Assembly: GCF_009914755.1 (NCBI RefSeq)
Contig: NC_060927.1
Origin: the human T2T-CHM13v2.0 reference genome, Homo sapiens
Length of the DNA stretch: 64,000 nucleotides
Strand: one strand, 5' to 3'
Part shown: one piece after another, positions 44,745-60,407 of the stretch
Layout of the letters: each line of letters begins with the position of its first letter
How positions within the stretch are numbered: position 1 is the stretch's first letter
The notes under the pieces: generated by a model
What the model was told of the DNA's origin: nothing
The model's input: only the letters and a program-made list of their open reading frames with translations
Database searches by the model: none
Translations under genes and position numbers: made by a program

Positions 44745-45270
44745 ATGGTTTTTCATATTTTTTCCTTGGCAACCATGTTCTGCTATGGTGCCACATTTTA
44801 AGAGGGACATTAACTAGATGACATGTATTCCAGATAACATGTCTAAAATGTCACTGGAATATAAAACCATATCATTTTAAAATGTTTGAAGGGCCTAAAG
44901 AATTTAACATAAAGAGGACAGAGAGTGCATAGCTTGGCAATAGTATTCAAATAGCAGATATCTATTCCTCCTGTGAAAGAAGAACTGTATGTTCTGTAGG
45001 ACTTAAGGGAGTAAAAAAGAAAGACTAAATTAAAGTTAGAGTAGGTCCCTTCACCTGATTACAGGGAATGATTTGCAGTGTTTAGAGCTGTCCAGAAATT
45101 GAATGAGCTGTCTAGAAATTGAATAAACTGTCCAGACCAGTGAGCTCCTTGTCAGTGGATGTGTTCAAGCAGAAGCTAAGTAACCACTTGCTAGAGATAT
45201 TTTAAAGAGTTAAGATGGAGAGTTGTCTTAATTGATGTGATATCCACTTGAACCCAGGGTGTCTGTGATA
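44745..45270 (+). mobile_element. L3/CR1 LINE 3' fragment containing a 20-bp x2.5 tandem repeat (45085-45136)
   Basis: agtgagctccttgtcagtggatgtgttcaagcagaagct is typical of CR1/L3. gagctgtc(c/t)agaaattgaat is repeated. Confidence 0.6.
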
Positions 45271-45671
45271 TTAGTTATTATTAGTCTCCTCAGGGAGGTT
45301 CTTGATGCATTGTAACCTGGGGCTCAGGAGTTGAGCAAGGATGAATAAATTGAACTTTAAAGGCTAAGTTTGAAATATTTTTTCTTATCTTCTGAAGTCA
45401 GAAAGATTTCAATGTTTATATTATTATGACTGTAAAAGCAAGGTTTATTGTTAAGATAAATAATAAATTATGATTGCTTGAGTTTTTATACAGTTCTTTG
45501 TTTTCCCTGAAGTCAATAGTTGCCTTGTTTATTAATTTTTCTTATTTTTAAATACATATAACTAATTTGTTTCCAGATGTTCTGTTTTATAAAATACTCT
45601 GCATTATTATTTTATACACAACCAAATGCACTAAATCATCCATCAAGTGCATGTAGCAATTGGTACCCAAC

Positions 45672-46209
45672 TGTTAGTTATATATCCAACATCCATTGTC
45701 CTTTTTTCTTTTACTAATGGGAGCCGCATACAAGCTTAAGGTAACAATATGTCCAGCTTTAGAAATCATTTCCTAGCCTTTCTTGCAGCAAATATGTCCA
45801 TAAGATACAGCCTTCTAAAGAAGATGTAAATAGCTGTCTACTGGGGTTTAGGGACAGGTCCTTTCCTGTTAAAGGCATTGCCTATTTCTCCTTATTACCA
45901 CCACCATCACATCCTCTTCTTCATCCTCCTTCTCCTTGTTTTTCCCCTCCTTTTCTGCTCTGTCTTCTTCCTTCTTGTCTGAATATACTGATTTTAGGTG
46001 AGGGGTTGAGCAGCCTTTACATCACATGAGGAAACTGTAAGAATAAAGATATAAGGAGCAGGATTTTAGAGACAGTAATGGCAATGCAAAAACAGTCCAG
46101 CACTTTTCATCTGTGGATCTCTGCTTAAATGTTGGAAAATATCTTTTTAATTTAATGACTTTGGTAAGGCTTATAAAATATCCAGCCAAATACAACCCTA
46201 ACTGATACC
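45672..46209. mobile_element. MLT1G/H-like LTR
   Basis: catttcctagcctttcttgcagc and terminal cagccaaatacaaccctaactgatac. Confidence 0.6.
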
Positions 46210-46214
46210 AATGA

Positions 46215-47272
46215 CGTTTCCAATCAGTGTATTTCTCAATAAATTATGTTGATACATGTGTCTAGCTGTGTGGGAAAAAAGGAAGTGAAATCTTTTCTTT
46301 TTACACCAAAATTAATTCTGTAGGAACGAATAATATCAATGTAAAAAATGAGAGAAACCATTGAAATTTTAGAAAAACCTACATTTTATAAAATATAATC
46401 TTCCATTGTGGAAGGTTTGTCTAAGTATTACTGAAACCACCAAGATAAAATGATCACTAAATATAACCAAATAGCAATTAAAATTTTCTATGCAGATGTC
46501 TTAATGAGGCAAGTAATTAATTGCTAAGAAAATTATGACCATACTAAAGCAGAGAGCTAATATCCTTAATATATAAAGAGTTGTTCAATAGCAACAAGAA
46601 AAATGTATCGAAGTTAAAGAAAAATTGTCAAAGGAAACAGACAATTCCAAGAAAAAAGAAAAGCATCTGTGGAAAGCCTCTCACAAAACAGACTAAATAA
46701 ATAAAATACAATAACAAATAAAAATAATTAAAGTAGATATAATGAAAGAAGCCAATTAAAATTATAAACAATATCCTCAGAGAGATATAAAAATATAGAA
46801 TATTCTGGAAATAAGAATATGATGTTTCATATCTTTAAAAACCAAACAAGAAACAAGAACAACTGGAGAATAAAAAAGAGCTTTGGGAGATTAAAAATAT
46901 GTAATAAAAAGGTCTGAAGAATGGCTGGAATACAGACATAACCGGGAAATTAAAATAAAAAAGACAAAGGACATAGTTAATAGAATAAAGAAGAAAATTG
47001 AAAGACTAAACCATATCCTCAAAGAGTCAACTATCAGGAGCTCTGGAAATAAAGACCAGAGTAAACAGTGAAGAAGAAATTACCCAATCAATGATTGAAA
47101 AAAAATTCCCAGATCCAAAGGACCTGATTTTTCAGGTTGAAGATGTACATGTCATGGCTATCATAAGAAGTGAAAAAAAGACCAAGAATACTGTGGACAG
47201 AGAGAAGTTTTCTAAAAGCTACTAGGAGAGAAGATGCCATATACAAAAAGATCAGAAATAAAAATGGCATCT
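46215..47272 (+). mobile_element. Old L1M ORF2 fragment followed by a HAL1-like fragment (~46680-47272)
   Basis: gctaatatccttaatatataaagag (L1 ORF2), then aatatcctcagagagata and tttcaggttgaag (HAL1/ORF1-like). Confidence 0.6.
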
Positions 47273-47505
47273 CCATCTATTTGTATTTTACTTTAACGTT
47301 TAATCTGGAAAATATGTTGAAATTAATTAAATATGTTTTCTACTGAAATTGAGTCTTAAACTGTGAGATACCTCTTAGCTATGAGCAACATGACTACAAG
47401 AGGGACTTGGTGCTAGAGGGTAGGTACACTGGCACAAACTATTTTCCTTGCTGGAAAAACAACTCAAAGCAAGTGAGGTTCGTCAGTGCCAGTTCGAAGT
47501 GCTTT

Positions 47506-47808
47506 CTTTCTTTCTCTTTTTTTTTTTTTGTCTGAGTCTCACTCTGTCACCCAGGTTGGAGTGCAGTGGTGCGATCTTGGCTCACTGAAACCTCTGCCTC
47601 CCAGGTTCAAGTGAATCTCCTCCCTCAGCCTCCTGAGTAGCTGGGATTACAGGCGCGTGCCACCATACCTGGCTAATTTTTTATATTTTTAGCAGAGACA
47701 GCGTTTCACCAAATTGGTCAGACTGGTCTCGAACTCCTGACCTCGTGATCCACCAGCCTCAACCTACCAAAGTGGTGGGATTACAGGCATGAGCCGCTGC
47801 ACCCGGCC
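47506..47808 (-). mobile_element. AluS (Sg-like)
   Basis: ctgacctcgtgatc motif. TSD gaagtgcttt at 47496-47505 and 47810-47819. Confidence 0.96.
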
Positions 47809-48137
47809 AGAAGTGCTTTTTAAATTCATATCATTTATGTTTTCTTCTCTCTCTCCCTCCTTCTATGCATTTTTTTCTTTAGCAAACATTTTCAAGATTT
47901 GACATAGGTAGAATAATTTCTAAGCTGAGAAGCATCCATTCTATTGCCTTATGTGTCACTTTTCCCCTGGGGCTCTCACTGTAATCGCTGGCTCCATCAG
48001 ATGGTCCTCTTTAAATACTCTCTTACTTTCTGTACAGTTCAGAAAATCTTTCCTCAGATTTTTAAATACATCAAACTCTGAGGAAAGCTATAGGAAAATG
48101 TTTTTCTTATGAAGTACAGTGTAACGTTTTGATCTTC

Positions 48138-48251
48138 TAGAGTGATCAGTTGTTCCAGTTTGCCAGAGGCTGAGAGGGTTACTGGAACATGAGAATTTCA
48201 GCTTTAAAACCAGGATAGTTCTAGATAAACTGAGATGAGTTGGTCACCCTC
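48138..48251. mobile_element. MER81-like hAT-Blackjack MITE
   Basis: About 114 bp with TIRs tagagtgatca...tggtcaccct. Confidence 0.75.
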
Positions 48252-48607
48252 GATCTGACTCAAGTAATTCACTGTCTGAGATAGCTACCCTTCAGCCTCA
48301 AAGAATGGCCACAACCTCTCAGGTTCCTGAAACAAAGTTTATCATATCTATAGTTCCTGGAAATATCTTCATGAAGGGACATCCGAACAATTACATTCCA
48401 GGAGCTGTCTCCTATATATCTTTATGACTATATCACGAAGTATAAAAAGGGAAATTTTCTCCTCTGTACTTCCTCCCCTTGCTCCTCTCCCAAGACCCTG
48501 ATTTCTGTTTCTAGTTTGAGACACGATTTTTCCCCATTGGCTTTACTTTACATAGATCCTTTCTCTACACATCAGAATTTAACTTTACCCTTGCCAGAGA
48601 AAAAAAA

Positions 48608-49985
48608 ATTCACATTCATTCATTCATTCATTCATTCCCTCCCTCACTCATTTGTTCAATTAAAAAACATACGAAGTTCTTGCTAAGGGTCAGGCACGAT
48701 TTTAGGTGCTGGGAATTTGGTGGTTAAAAAAAAGAAGTGTTCTTGCTGCCATGAAACTTATGTTCTTATGGGAGCAGACCATTAACAAACAAACAGAAAT
48801 ATGATAGTAACATAATTTACATGAGTATAAAATCAAGTGGTGTGATGGGATAAAAAATAATGGGATGTATTTAAAATTGGGCATTAAGGAAAGACCTTTG
48901 TAAGGAAATCAAATGTGAGCTGTAGCTTAGAAATATGAGAAGAAGCTAGCTCTGAGAAGGTTTAGGGAAAAGAAGAGTGACAACTATAAAGTTCCCCAAA
49001 TGGGAGACAGCTGGACTTGTTTAAGACACAAGGCCAGTATGGCTGGAACATAGGAAACACATATGGTATGACTTGATGTTAGAAAGGCAGAAAGGAACCA
49101 CAGCATGCTAGAGTTTTGTGGGTCATGGTAAAGAATTTGTGTAAAGACACTAGATGGTTTTGAAAAGGAGAGTGATGTAGTCTGAATTACATTAAAAATG
49201 TTAGTCTTTTTGTTTCAATGGATAAATGGATAAAACGTGTGGTACACATACACAGTGGAATACTATTCAGTCATTAAAAGGAATGAAACCCTGTCATTTG
49301 CAGCAACATGGATGGAACTGGAGTTCATTTTGTTAAGTGATAAGCCAGGCCCACAAAGGCTAATATCACATACTCTCACTCATATGTGAGCTAAAAAAGT
49401 TGATCTTATAGAAGTAGAGAGTGGAATGATGGTTACCAGAGGCTGAGGGGGTGTGGGAGGAAATGAAGAGAGGTTTGTTAATGGGCGCTAAAATGTAATT
49501 GGACTGAAGGAACTAGTTCTATTGTTCAGCAGCACTGTAGGGTGACTATAGTTAACAGTAATTTGTTGTGTATTTCAAAGTAGCCAGAAGGGAATATTTG
49601 GAATGCTCCCAACACAAAGAAATGATAAAGGTTTGAGGTGATGAGTATCCTAATTACCCATATTTGGTCATTACAATTATTATGTATCAATAAAAAACAT
49701 AAATCTCTTTGGCTATTGTGTGGAAAGGATCACAGGAGGTAAGGGTAAGGGTAGTGAGACCAGTTAGGGAGGTGTTGTGTGGTTGTTCAGGGGAACGTAA
49801 GAGCTGGCTTGTTCTAGGGTGGAATCAGTGGAGAAGGAAAGTGGTTGAAGTTGGGACATATTTTGAAAGTGAAGATAACAGGACTCCCTGTTGGATTAAA
49901 TGGGGTGGTGGTGAGGGAAAGAGAAGTCTCCTTGACTTCTGGTGCGAGTCAAAGGCAGCTGTTGGTGTCTAAATACTATTCATTG
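48608..49985 (-). mobile_element. L2a fragment interrupted by an L1MA 3' end
   Basis: (CATT)n tail and typical L2 body (gtagtgagaccagttagggagg; gggacatattttgaaagtgaag). Confidence 0.8.
49214..49700 (+). mobile_element. L1MA 3' end
   Basis: ctgtcatttgcagcaacatggatggaactggag...ggtgactatagttaac...cccaacacaaagaaatgataaa. Confidence 0.88.
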
Positions 49986-50089
49986 ATCACAGCACTCATG
50001 GCATGCCTACAATAAGAGCTACAGAAAAGAGACCATTCTGAAGTAAGCAAAGCATTTTCCTATGACATTACATATTTCTCCACCACAGT

Positions 50090-50320
50090 ATGGACAGTAT
50101 GCACAGGGGTTAGGAGCAGTGGCTCTGGAGCCACACTGCTTAACTGCGTAATTCCATCCTGCCATATGGTGACTATGGATCTAGGTTAAAATAACTTATT
50201 TGCCCTTTTTTTCTTATGAGGAGAATAAGTAATACACACTTCATAGGATTTTGTGAAAATTAAATGAGTTAACACATGAAAAGTACTTAGGAAAATGCCT
50301 GGCAAGAAATGATAGTTATT
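50090..50320 (+). mobile_element. MIR
   Basis: ggctctggagccacactgc...cataggattttgtgaaaattaaatgagtta. Confidence 0.75.
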
Positions 50321-50329
50321 ATATTTATT

Positions 50330-51840
<1,511 letters not shown>

Positions 51841-51946
51841 TTTTTGAGTTGAAATATTTAAGCAAGAAAGACAAACAACTAAATCACAACAATAAAACAA
51901 CAACAACAACAACAAAACCTTTTTGTCTTGAAGAAATTTTACTCTT

Positions 51947-52302
51947 TGTCCTAGTCTGTTCGAGCTGCTAACAAAATCCCATAAACTGGGGGCTTACAAA
52001 TAGCAAACATTTATTTCTGAAGGCTGGGAATTCTAAGATCAAGGTATTGGCAGATTCAGTGTCTGGTGAGGACCCTTTCTTCATAGGCTGAACCTTTGCT
52101 CACTTCAGGACTGTGTGTTCACTTGGTTGGAAGGGCAAACAAGCTCCCTTGGGTCTCTTTTAAAAGACACTAATTCCATTAATGAGGGCTCCATCTTCAT
52201 GATCTACTTACCTCCCCAAAGTCCTACCTCTTAATATCATCACTTTGGGAGTTAAGTTTCAACATATAGATTTTGAGGGACACAAACATTCAGACCAGTG
52301 CA
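51947..52302 (-). mobile_element. MLT1A/MSTD-like solo LTR
   Basis: tgtcctagtctgttcgagctgcta...atgagggctccatcttcatga...aacattcagacc. Confidence 0.8.
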
Positions 52303-52331
52303 GCTTTGTGTTATTGAAAGATGCTGAAGAC

Positions 52332-52463
52332 AAGATGAGCTCCATGACTCACTTCCTTGGCTCAAGATATGGAAGTCATGGAAGTGAGTTTCAAGTCATG
52401 GAAATGAGCTCCATGACTCACTTCTTTGACTTCCATGACTCAAGATAAGATGAGCTCCATGAC
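52332..52463. repeat. Complex direct plus inverted micro-repeat patchwork
   Basis: gagctccatgac occurs three times, with reverse-complement pieces gtcatgga and gaagtgagt. Confidence 0.9.
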
Positions 52464-54819
52464 CCTTTCTGAGTGTGAGGATTGGAAATACAGAAACAAC
52501 AATAATGCATTATATGTGTGTGTTGCTGTTTTACTTATCAAAGTGTTTTTTAAATCTAAATATTACTTAACCTTCTCAGTATCTGTTGGAGGAAGGCAGG
52601 CAAACTGCTTAAAGTTCCATTTTATAGAAGAGGAACTTAGCGGGCAGAGCCCAAGTTGCCCAGGACAGCACAACTAGTTAACGTGGCCTTTGGCTTAAGA
52701 TTAGGTCTTTTGGATTCTGGAGCTGGCTCCATAATACTCCTTAGCCTAGTGGGTTCTGGTTATGAAGAAAAGGATGGGTATAAATTGAAGAGCCTTAAAT
52801 ATGCAGCGCGCTGCCTCATGGGCCCAGGCCACCCTGATGCAGATACTTGATTCAGGGATACTTAGTTTCTACATTTCCAACCTCCTGCTTTGTCTCCTCC
52901 ACAGAGGCCAACATTCTCTTTTTTTTTTTCCTTGTTACTTTCCTCCTTTACAGCTTGTTCTTGTGAAAACAACTGATATATCTATAAATTTCACAGGGAT
53001 TTTCTTACACTTAAGCTGTTGACAGGTCTAAAGTCTAAATTGTGAGGCAAAAATCTGATGCCATAGGCATCAGAGAGCTGAGCTAGAAAGGTGATGTTTT
53101 AATCCAGGTGAATTTTTCAGTTTCTAGAGTCATACTATGTAGGAAGGGCTTGCCTGGCCATTGGACAGATTCCATATAGCGTATGAATTCACAGAGTTGG
53201 AAGAACCTTTATATGCAGCATCCCAAATGCCTCTCTGAAGTCCTTAACTTTAAGGGAAACCTGCTCACTCCATTCTCCCTGGAGCTCCATGTTGATAAAT
53301 TACCCGAAGGAATTTTATGAATCTACATCTTTTATGTCTGCAGACATGACCCTTCATCTGATGAATATTGAAACAGAATTCTCCAGTACAATAGAGGACT
53401 TGTGGACATTAGTAGGAGCTTGCTCTGAACCAACACTGGTTTCATCCAGGACTTGAACCTGGGCATTATTTTCTATCTGCTCAGTATATTGACCTGTCAG
53501 CACCTTACTTATTTTTTAAGCACATGCTCAATGGCCACCCACTCCAAGAGGTTTGAATGATTTAATACATGAAAAACATTTAACCACACCTAGCTTATAT
53601 ATAGTAAGAACTCAATAAATATTAGCTATTAATAATTTTAAAATGGCTTCCGAGTCTTCTAAACAAAGACTGAAATATGAGCTCGGCTTAACCTGTTAGG
53701 TGTATTAAAGGCATAACGACATTATTTTTCATTTGCCATAGTCACCTGAAGCTGTTGTTTCAGAGACAATGATTGTGTTTGGGTACTACTTACTGCTTGG
53801 TGTAAACCACATTCCACGCACTAGTGTTCAGGTAGTCGCACAGAGAGGGAGAGAATTAGAGAAAATGACAGTGCCAGTGTCATCCATTAGGCACTGAGTC
53901 ACAAGGCTTTGAGGTTAACATGGACTTGGAGACTACCTAGCCCTAAAGGCTCCTACAGCACTTCCAACCAATAAGCCCCATGGCTCTGTGTCACTGTCTC
54001 CTTAAAATGGCAAAGTAGCCTATCCTATCTCTAGATAGCTATGTTAAATCCTCTTAATTTGGAACAAAATGTGACGTTAGGACTTTTACCTAGGATTCCA
54101 GTTCTGTTCTCTGATACCACACAGGAAAAGTTTAATCTCTCCTCTTTGAGACTGTTCTTCAAAATTCTTGGAGACCTGCAGTAGCTAAGCACTCTAGGAT
54201 CTAGTTGTAGAGCTGTGGCTTGTATATTGATTGACTTCAAAGGTCAATTTGTATAATGTACTCTCCTGATTCATCTTTGGTGACTGAGTATGACTAGAGA
54301 TTTAGTTTTATCCCTAGATGGGTTGGCATTACAGTTCTCTCTTGTAGACTGGTATGAGAAGTCATTCCTGATCCTTCTACTTTCCCAAATGCTACCCTTT
54401 TAAAGACTCTTTGTGTATGCCAGAGTGTACCATGGTTCAATATTTATATTCTGTTCTTCTTCAAAGTTTTCCTTGCTGTAATATTTTTTTTCTGATACTC
54501 ACAGCTGTATACTTAGATCTTGCAATTCCTTCTCTTGGGGGTAGTGGGGGATTTATACCATAGGGCTGAGAATCCAGGAATGGATCTTACCATATGGCCC
54601 TTGCCCCTGATTAAATCTGCTCGCCATTTTGTCCGAGTAAAACTCGGTGAAAATAAACATTATAAGTGAATCCGACAGAGAAAACTGATGCTGCTGAAGG
54701 GCCAAAAAAGACAAAATGTTTGGATGAATGTGAGCACCAGGTTTTCTTTAATTTCATTTTAATAGTTGCTGTATTTTTGGAAATGGTAATGCATTTATGT
54801 GGTTCAAAAATTTAACGTT

Positions 54820-54908
54820 TATCTGTACACCAAACCCCCATGACACAATTTACCTATATAGTAAACCAGCACATGTACCTCTGAACCTAAAATTAAAGTT
54901 AAAAAAAA
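54820..54908 (+). mobile_element. Extremely truncated L1PA15/16- or L1PB-like 3' terminus inside an older L1ME end
   Basis: atctgtacaccaaacccccatgacacaatttacctata...gaacctaaaattaaagtt followed by an A-tail. Confidence 0.8.
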
Positions 54909-55483
54909 TACAGTGTTAACAGATGTACACTAAAAATCTGTTTCCCACTCCTGTTCCTAGTCACTGTGTGTTTCCTTGCTCACTGTGATTAAGTTTCTAG
55001 TGTGTAGTTTTGAAATGACAAGAAATATAAATGCATATTCTTATTTCCCCCTGTTTACATGATGGATAGTTCTGGCAGAAGCCATAGTGTTCACCAATAT
55101 TCACACTCTTTTCTATCTAATAAAGACTTCGTGTGTGGATAAAACTCTTCCTTATGTGATCTTTTCTCTTTTAGCTCTCACTCTCTGGCTGAATGTAGAG
55201 GACTCTGAAGGCTTAGGCAAGAGGGGAGTTATAAGGCACCACAGAACCCTGAATGACTGCATGGAGCAGAACCCTTCGCAAACCTGCTCTTCAGGCCTCC
55301 TTTTTGAGACAGCTGGAAAAGATTCTTTCTCCTTTTCTAGCAATTACTTCCTCCCTCCGACTCAAATGCCTACTCAGCCTCTAGTATTCAGTGTAAGTAC
55401 GTGTATCACTAGAAATCTAGATCTGGGGATTTAACCTCAGAAGCTTTCTCTGCCTATCCTAACCCATACTGCCCATTTTTTAA

Positions 55484-55780
55484 AATTTTATTTTTATTTT
55501 TAATTTTTGTGGGTTCATAGTAGGTATATTATTTATGGGATATATGAGATGTTTTGATACAGACATGCAATGTGAAATAAGCAATAACATGGATGGAACT
55601 GGAAATCATTATGTTAAGTGAAATAAGCCAGTCACAGAAAGACAAGCATCACATGTTCTCATATTTATGGGATCTAAAAATCAAAACAATTGAACTCAGG
55701 GACATAGAGAGTAGAAGAATGATTACCAGAGGCTGGGAAGGGTAGTAATGGGCTGGGAGGGGTGAGAAGGTGGGACTGTT
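55484..55780 (-). mobile_element. Short L1MA2-like insertion with 5' inversion
   Basis: The antisense 3' terminus (55484-55582) abuts a sense piece (55583-55780). Degenerate TSD gcccattttttaaa / gctcacttttaaa. Confidence 0.8.
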
Positions 55781-57390
55781 GCTCACTTTTAAACCAATGC
55801 CTTATAGCATATTTTAAAGTCTAATTTAGAAGTTTACATCTGTTCTTACTCGGCAGATCATAAGCTGCTTGAACTCATAGAAAATGTTTTTTGCTTCTTG
55901 TATCACCTCAGTGCCGAGTGAAGTGTGATACAAAGTGGGGACTCAGTATATCTTAATTGATTCACTGATTTTCTAGTGGAACAGATGAGAGGTGACTGGG
56001 GAGCTTGAATGAGCTATCTCCACATCAGATTCTGAGTCTGAACTTTTGGCCCAATCTAGAACTCTCCAGGAGTATTTTGAGGTATCTTCCAAGAAAATTT
56101 TCAAATCAGGAAAAAACTATCATTTTTATTGAGGACTTAGCCAAAGTTGAATATTTAGTAATTTAGGAAATTTTGCTGACAGCTTTGATTGTGTTGACTT
56201 TTAAGCATTAATAATTCCATAAAAAAGAGAAATTAGCTGGGGATTATGTTCCTTTATTTAAAGAAGTGAACAAAAGTGTTTCTGGGCACGTACATGTGGC
56301 TAAGGAGATTCATTTTGAGTTGAGAAGGAAATTCCCATTATATACCATCTTTCTTGAAAGGAGTCATCTAATTTTCTTCTTCCTTTGGGGATATTTTCAT
56401 TACTTTTAAAAGGCTAATGGTGGAAGAAACTTCTCAACACAGGTCCATATGATGAAATAATTAATTAATTAAATTTATTCAGCAGTAATTGAGCACTTAG
56501 TAAACTAAAGGCACTATACAAAACAGGATGAAGCATGTAACAGAAAATGGAAGCATATGCAAAATGAAAAGAATACTGGATAAACAGCAACAACAGCAGT
56601 ATCAATAGCAGTAGTAATGGTAGCTGCTATTATTCAGCATGTATTCATGCCACGAACACTAATTATATAATTCCTAACTCTCAAAATAACCCTTCAAAGT
56701 AAGTATTTACTAATATACATATTTTTATAGTTAAGAAAATTGGTAAAACTACGAAGCGTATTTGAATATAGCTGTTTCTCAATCCGCATGCAGCTTCCCG
56801 ATCACTAAGCACACTTTCTTGCAGTACAGGGGCTGGGTTCAAGTCTAGATTTTGTCTCTTAATGTTTGTTGAGCCTCAGTTTTCTTACCTTAACATCTGG
56901 ATGATGATCATCTTGGCTCTACTTATCTCCCAGGAGGATGTTCTAATCAAAGGGCCTAGAGGATGTGAAAGGGTTTGTGTAGAACCCATAACACAATAGT
57001 GTGGAAAGTGATAAATGATGCAATACAGGCACTGAGGAGAAGGTAGCGGTGTCCAGAGGGAGAGACACCCCTGTTGGGATATCAGAACAGTAATAAACAT
57101 TTGTGGATATAGGCTTTTGGGGAGCAGCCATGGCTTCTGCTCTGAAAGAGTGGCTCTCCTCTGGCAGGCAGATACACTCTGACAACTATAATGGAGTTCT
57201 AATCACAAGGCAAAAATCTAAACTTGAACTCAGGCCCTGTGACTACAAGAAAGTGTGTGGAGTGGTGGGGGAAAGCTACATATGGATTGAGAAACAACTG
57301 TATTCTAAAGAGCACTGTCATCACAATCATTACAGTCCCAGTTTAAAAAAAAATGTAGTAATTTCTTTATATGCCTTAGGGGTTCTAAGT

Positions 57391-58723
<1,333 letters not shown>

Positions 58724-58930
58724 AAAATGATTCAAGGGATCCTACTTTAAATGGAGACAGCAGGCATCAGTTAAATAAAAATAATGGTCATGTTACACAT
58801 GTATCTGCATGTGTGTGAGTGGTGAGAGGGGCCAATGGGGTGAGCAATGCGAGTGCCATCGACTTTGTCCACTGTTGATGGAATCTACTTTGTTCGCAGT
58901 TAGTCACTAGGAGAGGCAGCACACTGTGAT

Positions 58931-59108
58931 CAGTTGTTCACAAGTTTGGCTGCATATTGGAATCACTTGGACATCTTTTAAAACTCTTCATGCACAGGCT
59001 GTACCCAGAACAATGTAATTAGGATCTCTTCAAATATGATTGATGATCAGTGATTATTATAGCTTTACAGGTGATTCCAATGTGCCGCTAAAGTTGCAAA
59101 TCATAATG
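58931..59108. mobile_element. MER5A-like DNA transposon
   Basis: ttggctgcatattggaatcac...caggtgattccaatgtgc. Confidence 0.8.
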
Positions 59109-60407
59109 TAGTGGAAATAACCTTGGCCTGGGTTTCTAAAATGTAGTTCACAGCCCAAGAATTAGTACAATTTTACTTTAACTAACTACTGAGTGTATAA
59201 ATGAGAAATTAGTTGCTATTCATGCTTTTTTTTCCTTCCAAAGCAGTATTTTTTACTGTCTTTCTTGGACTGACAAGAAGCCTGGGAGGCTCTAAAGCAA
59301 TGGGATTATTAATTTGGGTTTTCTTCTTGCTGTAAGAGATTGTGCATGCTCCATGCACAATAGATTTCAGAGTTTATGGACACTGGAAGGCATCAAAATT
59401 GTATGGAAAAGGAAACAGCCATCGGGCTAGTCCCTTGGGATTTAAGATGTGCTGAGGAAAACACAACAGAACACAATAAAATATTGTCTCTGTTTGAATA
59501 GAGTTTTTAAGCATTATTCTATAGTGCCTAATGGCAGAGAATGGGCAACTCAGTACTTTTTCTTATCTCTCCAAGACCTCTTTACTCTTCCTGGATTGAG
59601 AATGAGTGGGTCGGCAAAGGTGATTGAGAAGGGTGTGCGAGTAAACTGGGGATTTGCTATTTGCCTTTGTGCTGTGGCTTTTCATTTGATACCATAGAAC
59701 TAATTGTTTACCCCAGCACAGAGTAGGCCTACTAAATCAATGAATGCATTCTGGTTATCTTCAATCAGTAACCAGAATGCATTCACTGATTCCACCACTG
59801 TTTCGTGGCCCACCGGCTGGCTATGAGAGCTACAGAGTCCAAATTTGGGGTGTGTTTTCTGAAGCCATGATCAAAATCCAAGTATGTTCATTAGGGTTGT
59901 GGAAGGATTGTGGAAAACTTAACCCTATTAACTCATTAGCTCCCATTAATATTGATAATTTATTTGACTGGTCTGAGGGAAAGGACATTGGCCTAGTAAA
60001 TGTAAATAATACCTAAGAGAAGTGGGTATACTAGACCAAGGAGTAGGATGAGAATGATGCTAGTTAGGGAAGGCAGATGTATTGAGACCCTTTAAGGAGG
60101 GCCTGCGAAATTAGATAAGTAAAAATTCTACTCAGTGAAAAGGTCTCTTTTCCCCTCCAATTGTAAAAGTAACCCCTGATTTTATATACATATACAGCAC
60201 CTGCAGAAATGCAAAGAAATATATTTTAAAAAGCAAGAAAACTAAAATCATCTCATAATCTTCTCTATTAATGCTTTCTGATCATTTTTTCCATTTATTA
60301 ATGCAAAGTTCTTTCCCAATAGAAATAAATATAATATTTATATCTAGTATTTACCAATAGTGTTATCTTATGACTCTCAGGTGGTCGACACCCAGGTGCA
60401 ATAATTC

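Noticed and set aside
52332-52463. CRISPR-like repeat-spacer reading of this patchwork or of the 64/65-bp tandem repeats
   Set aside because: There are no unique regular spacers and no cas genes, and the context is eukaryotic.
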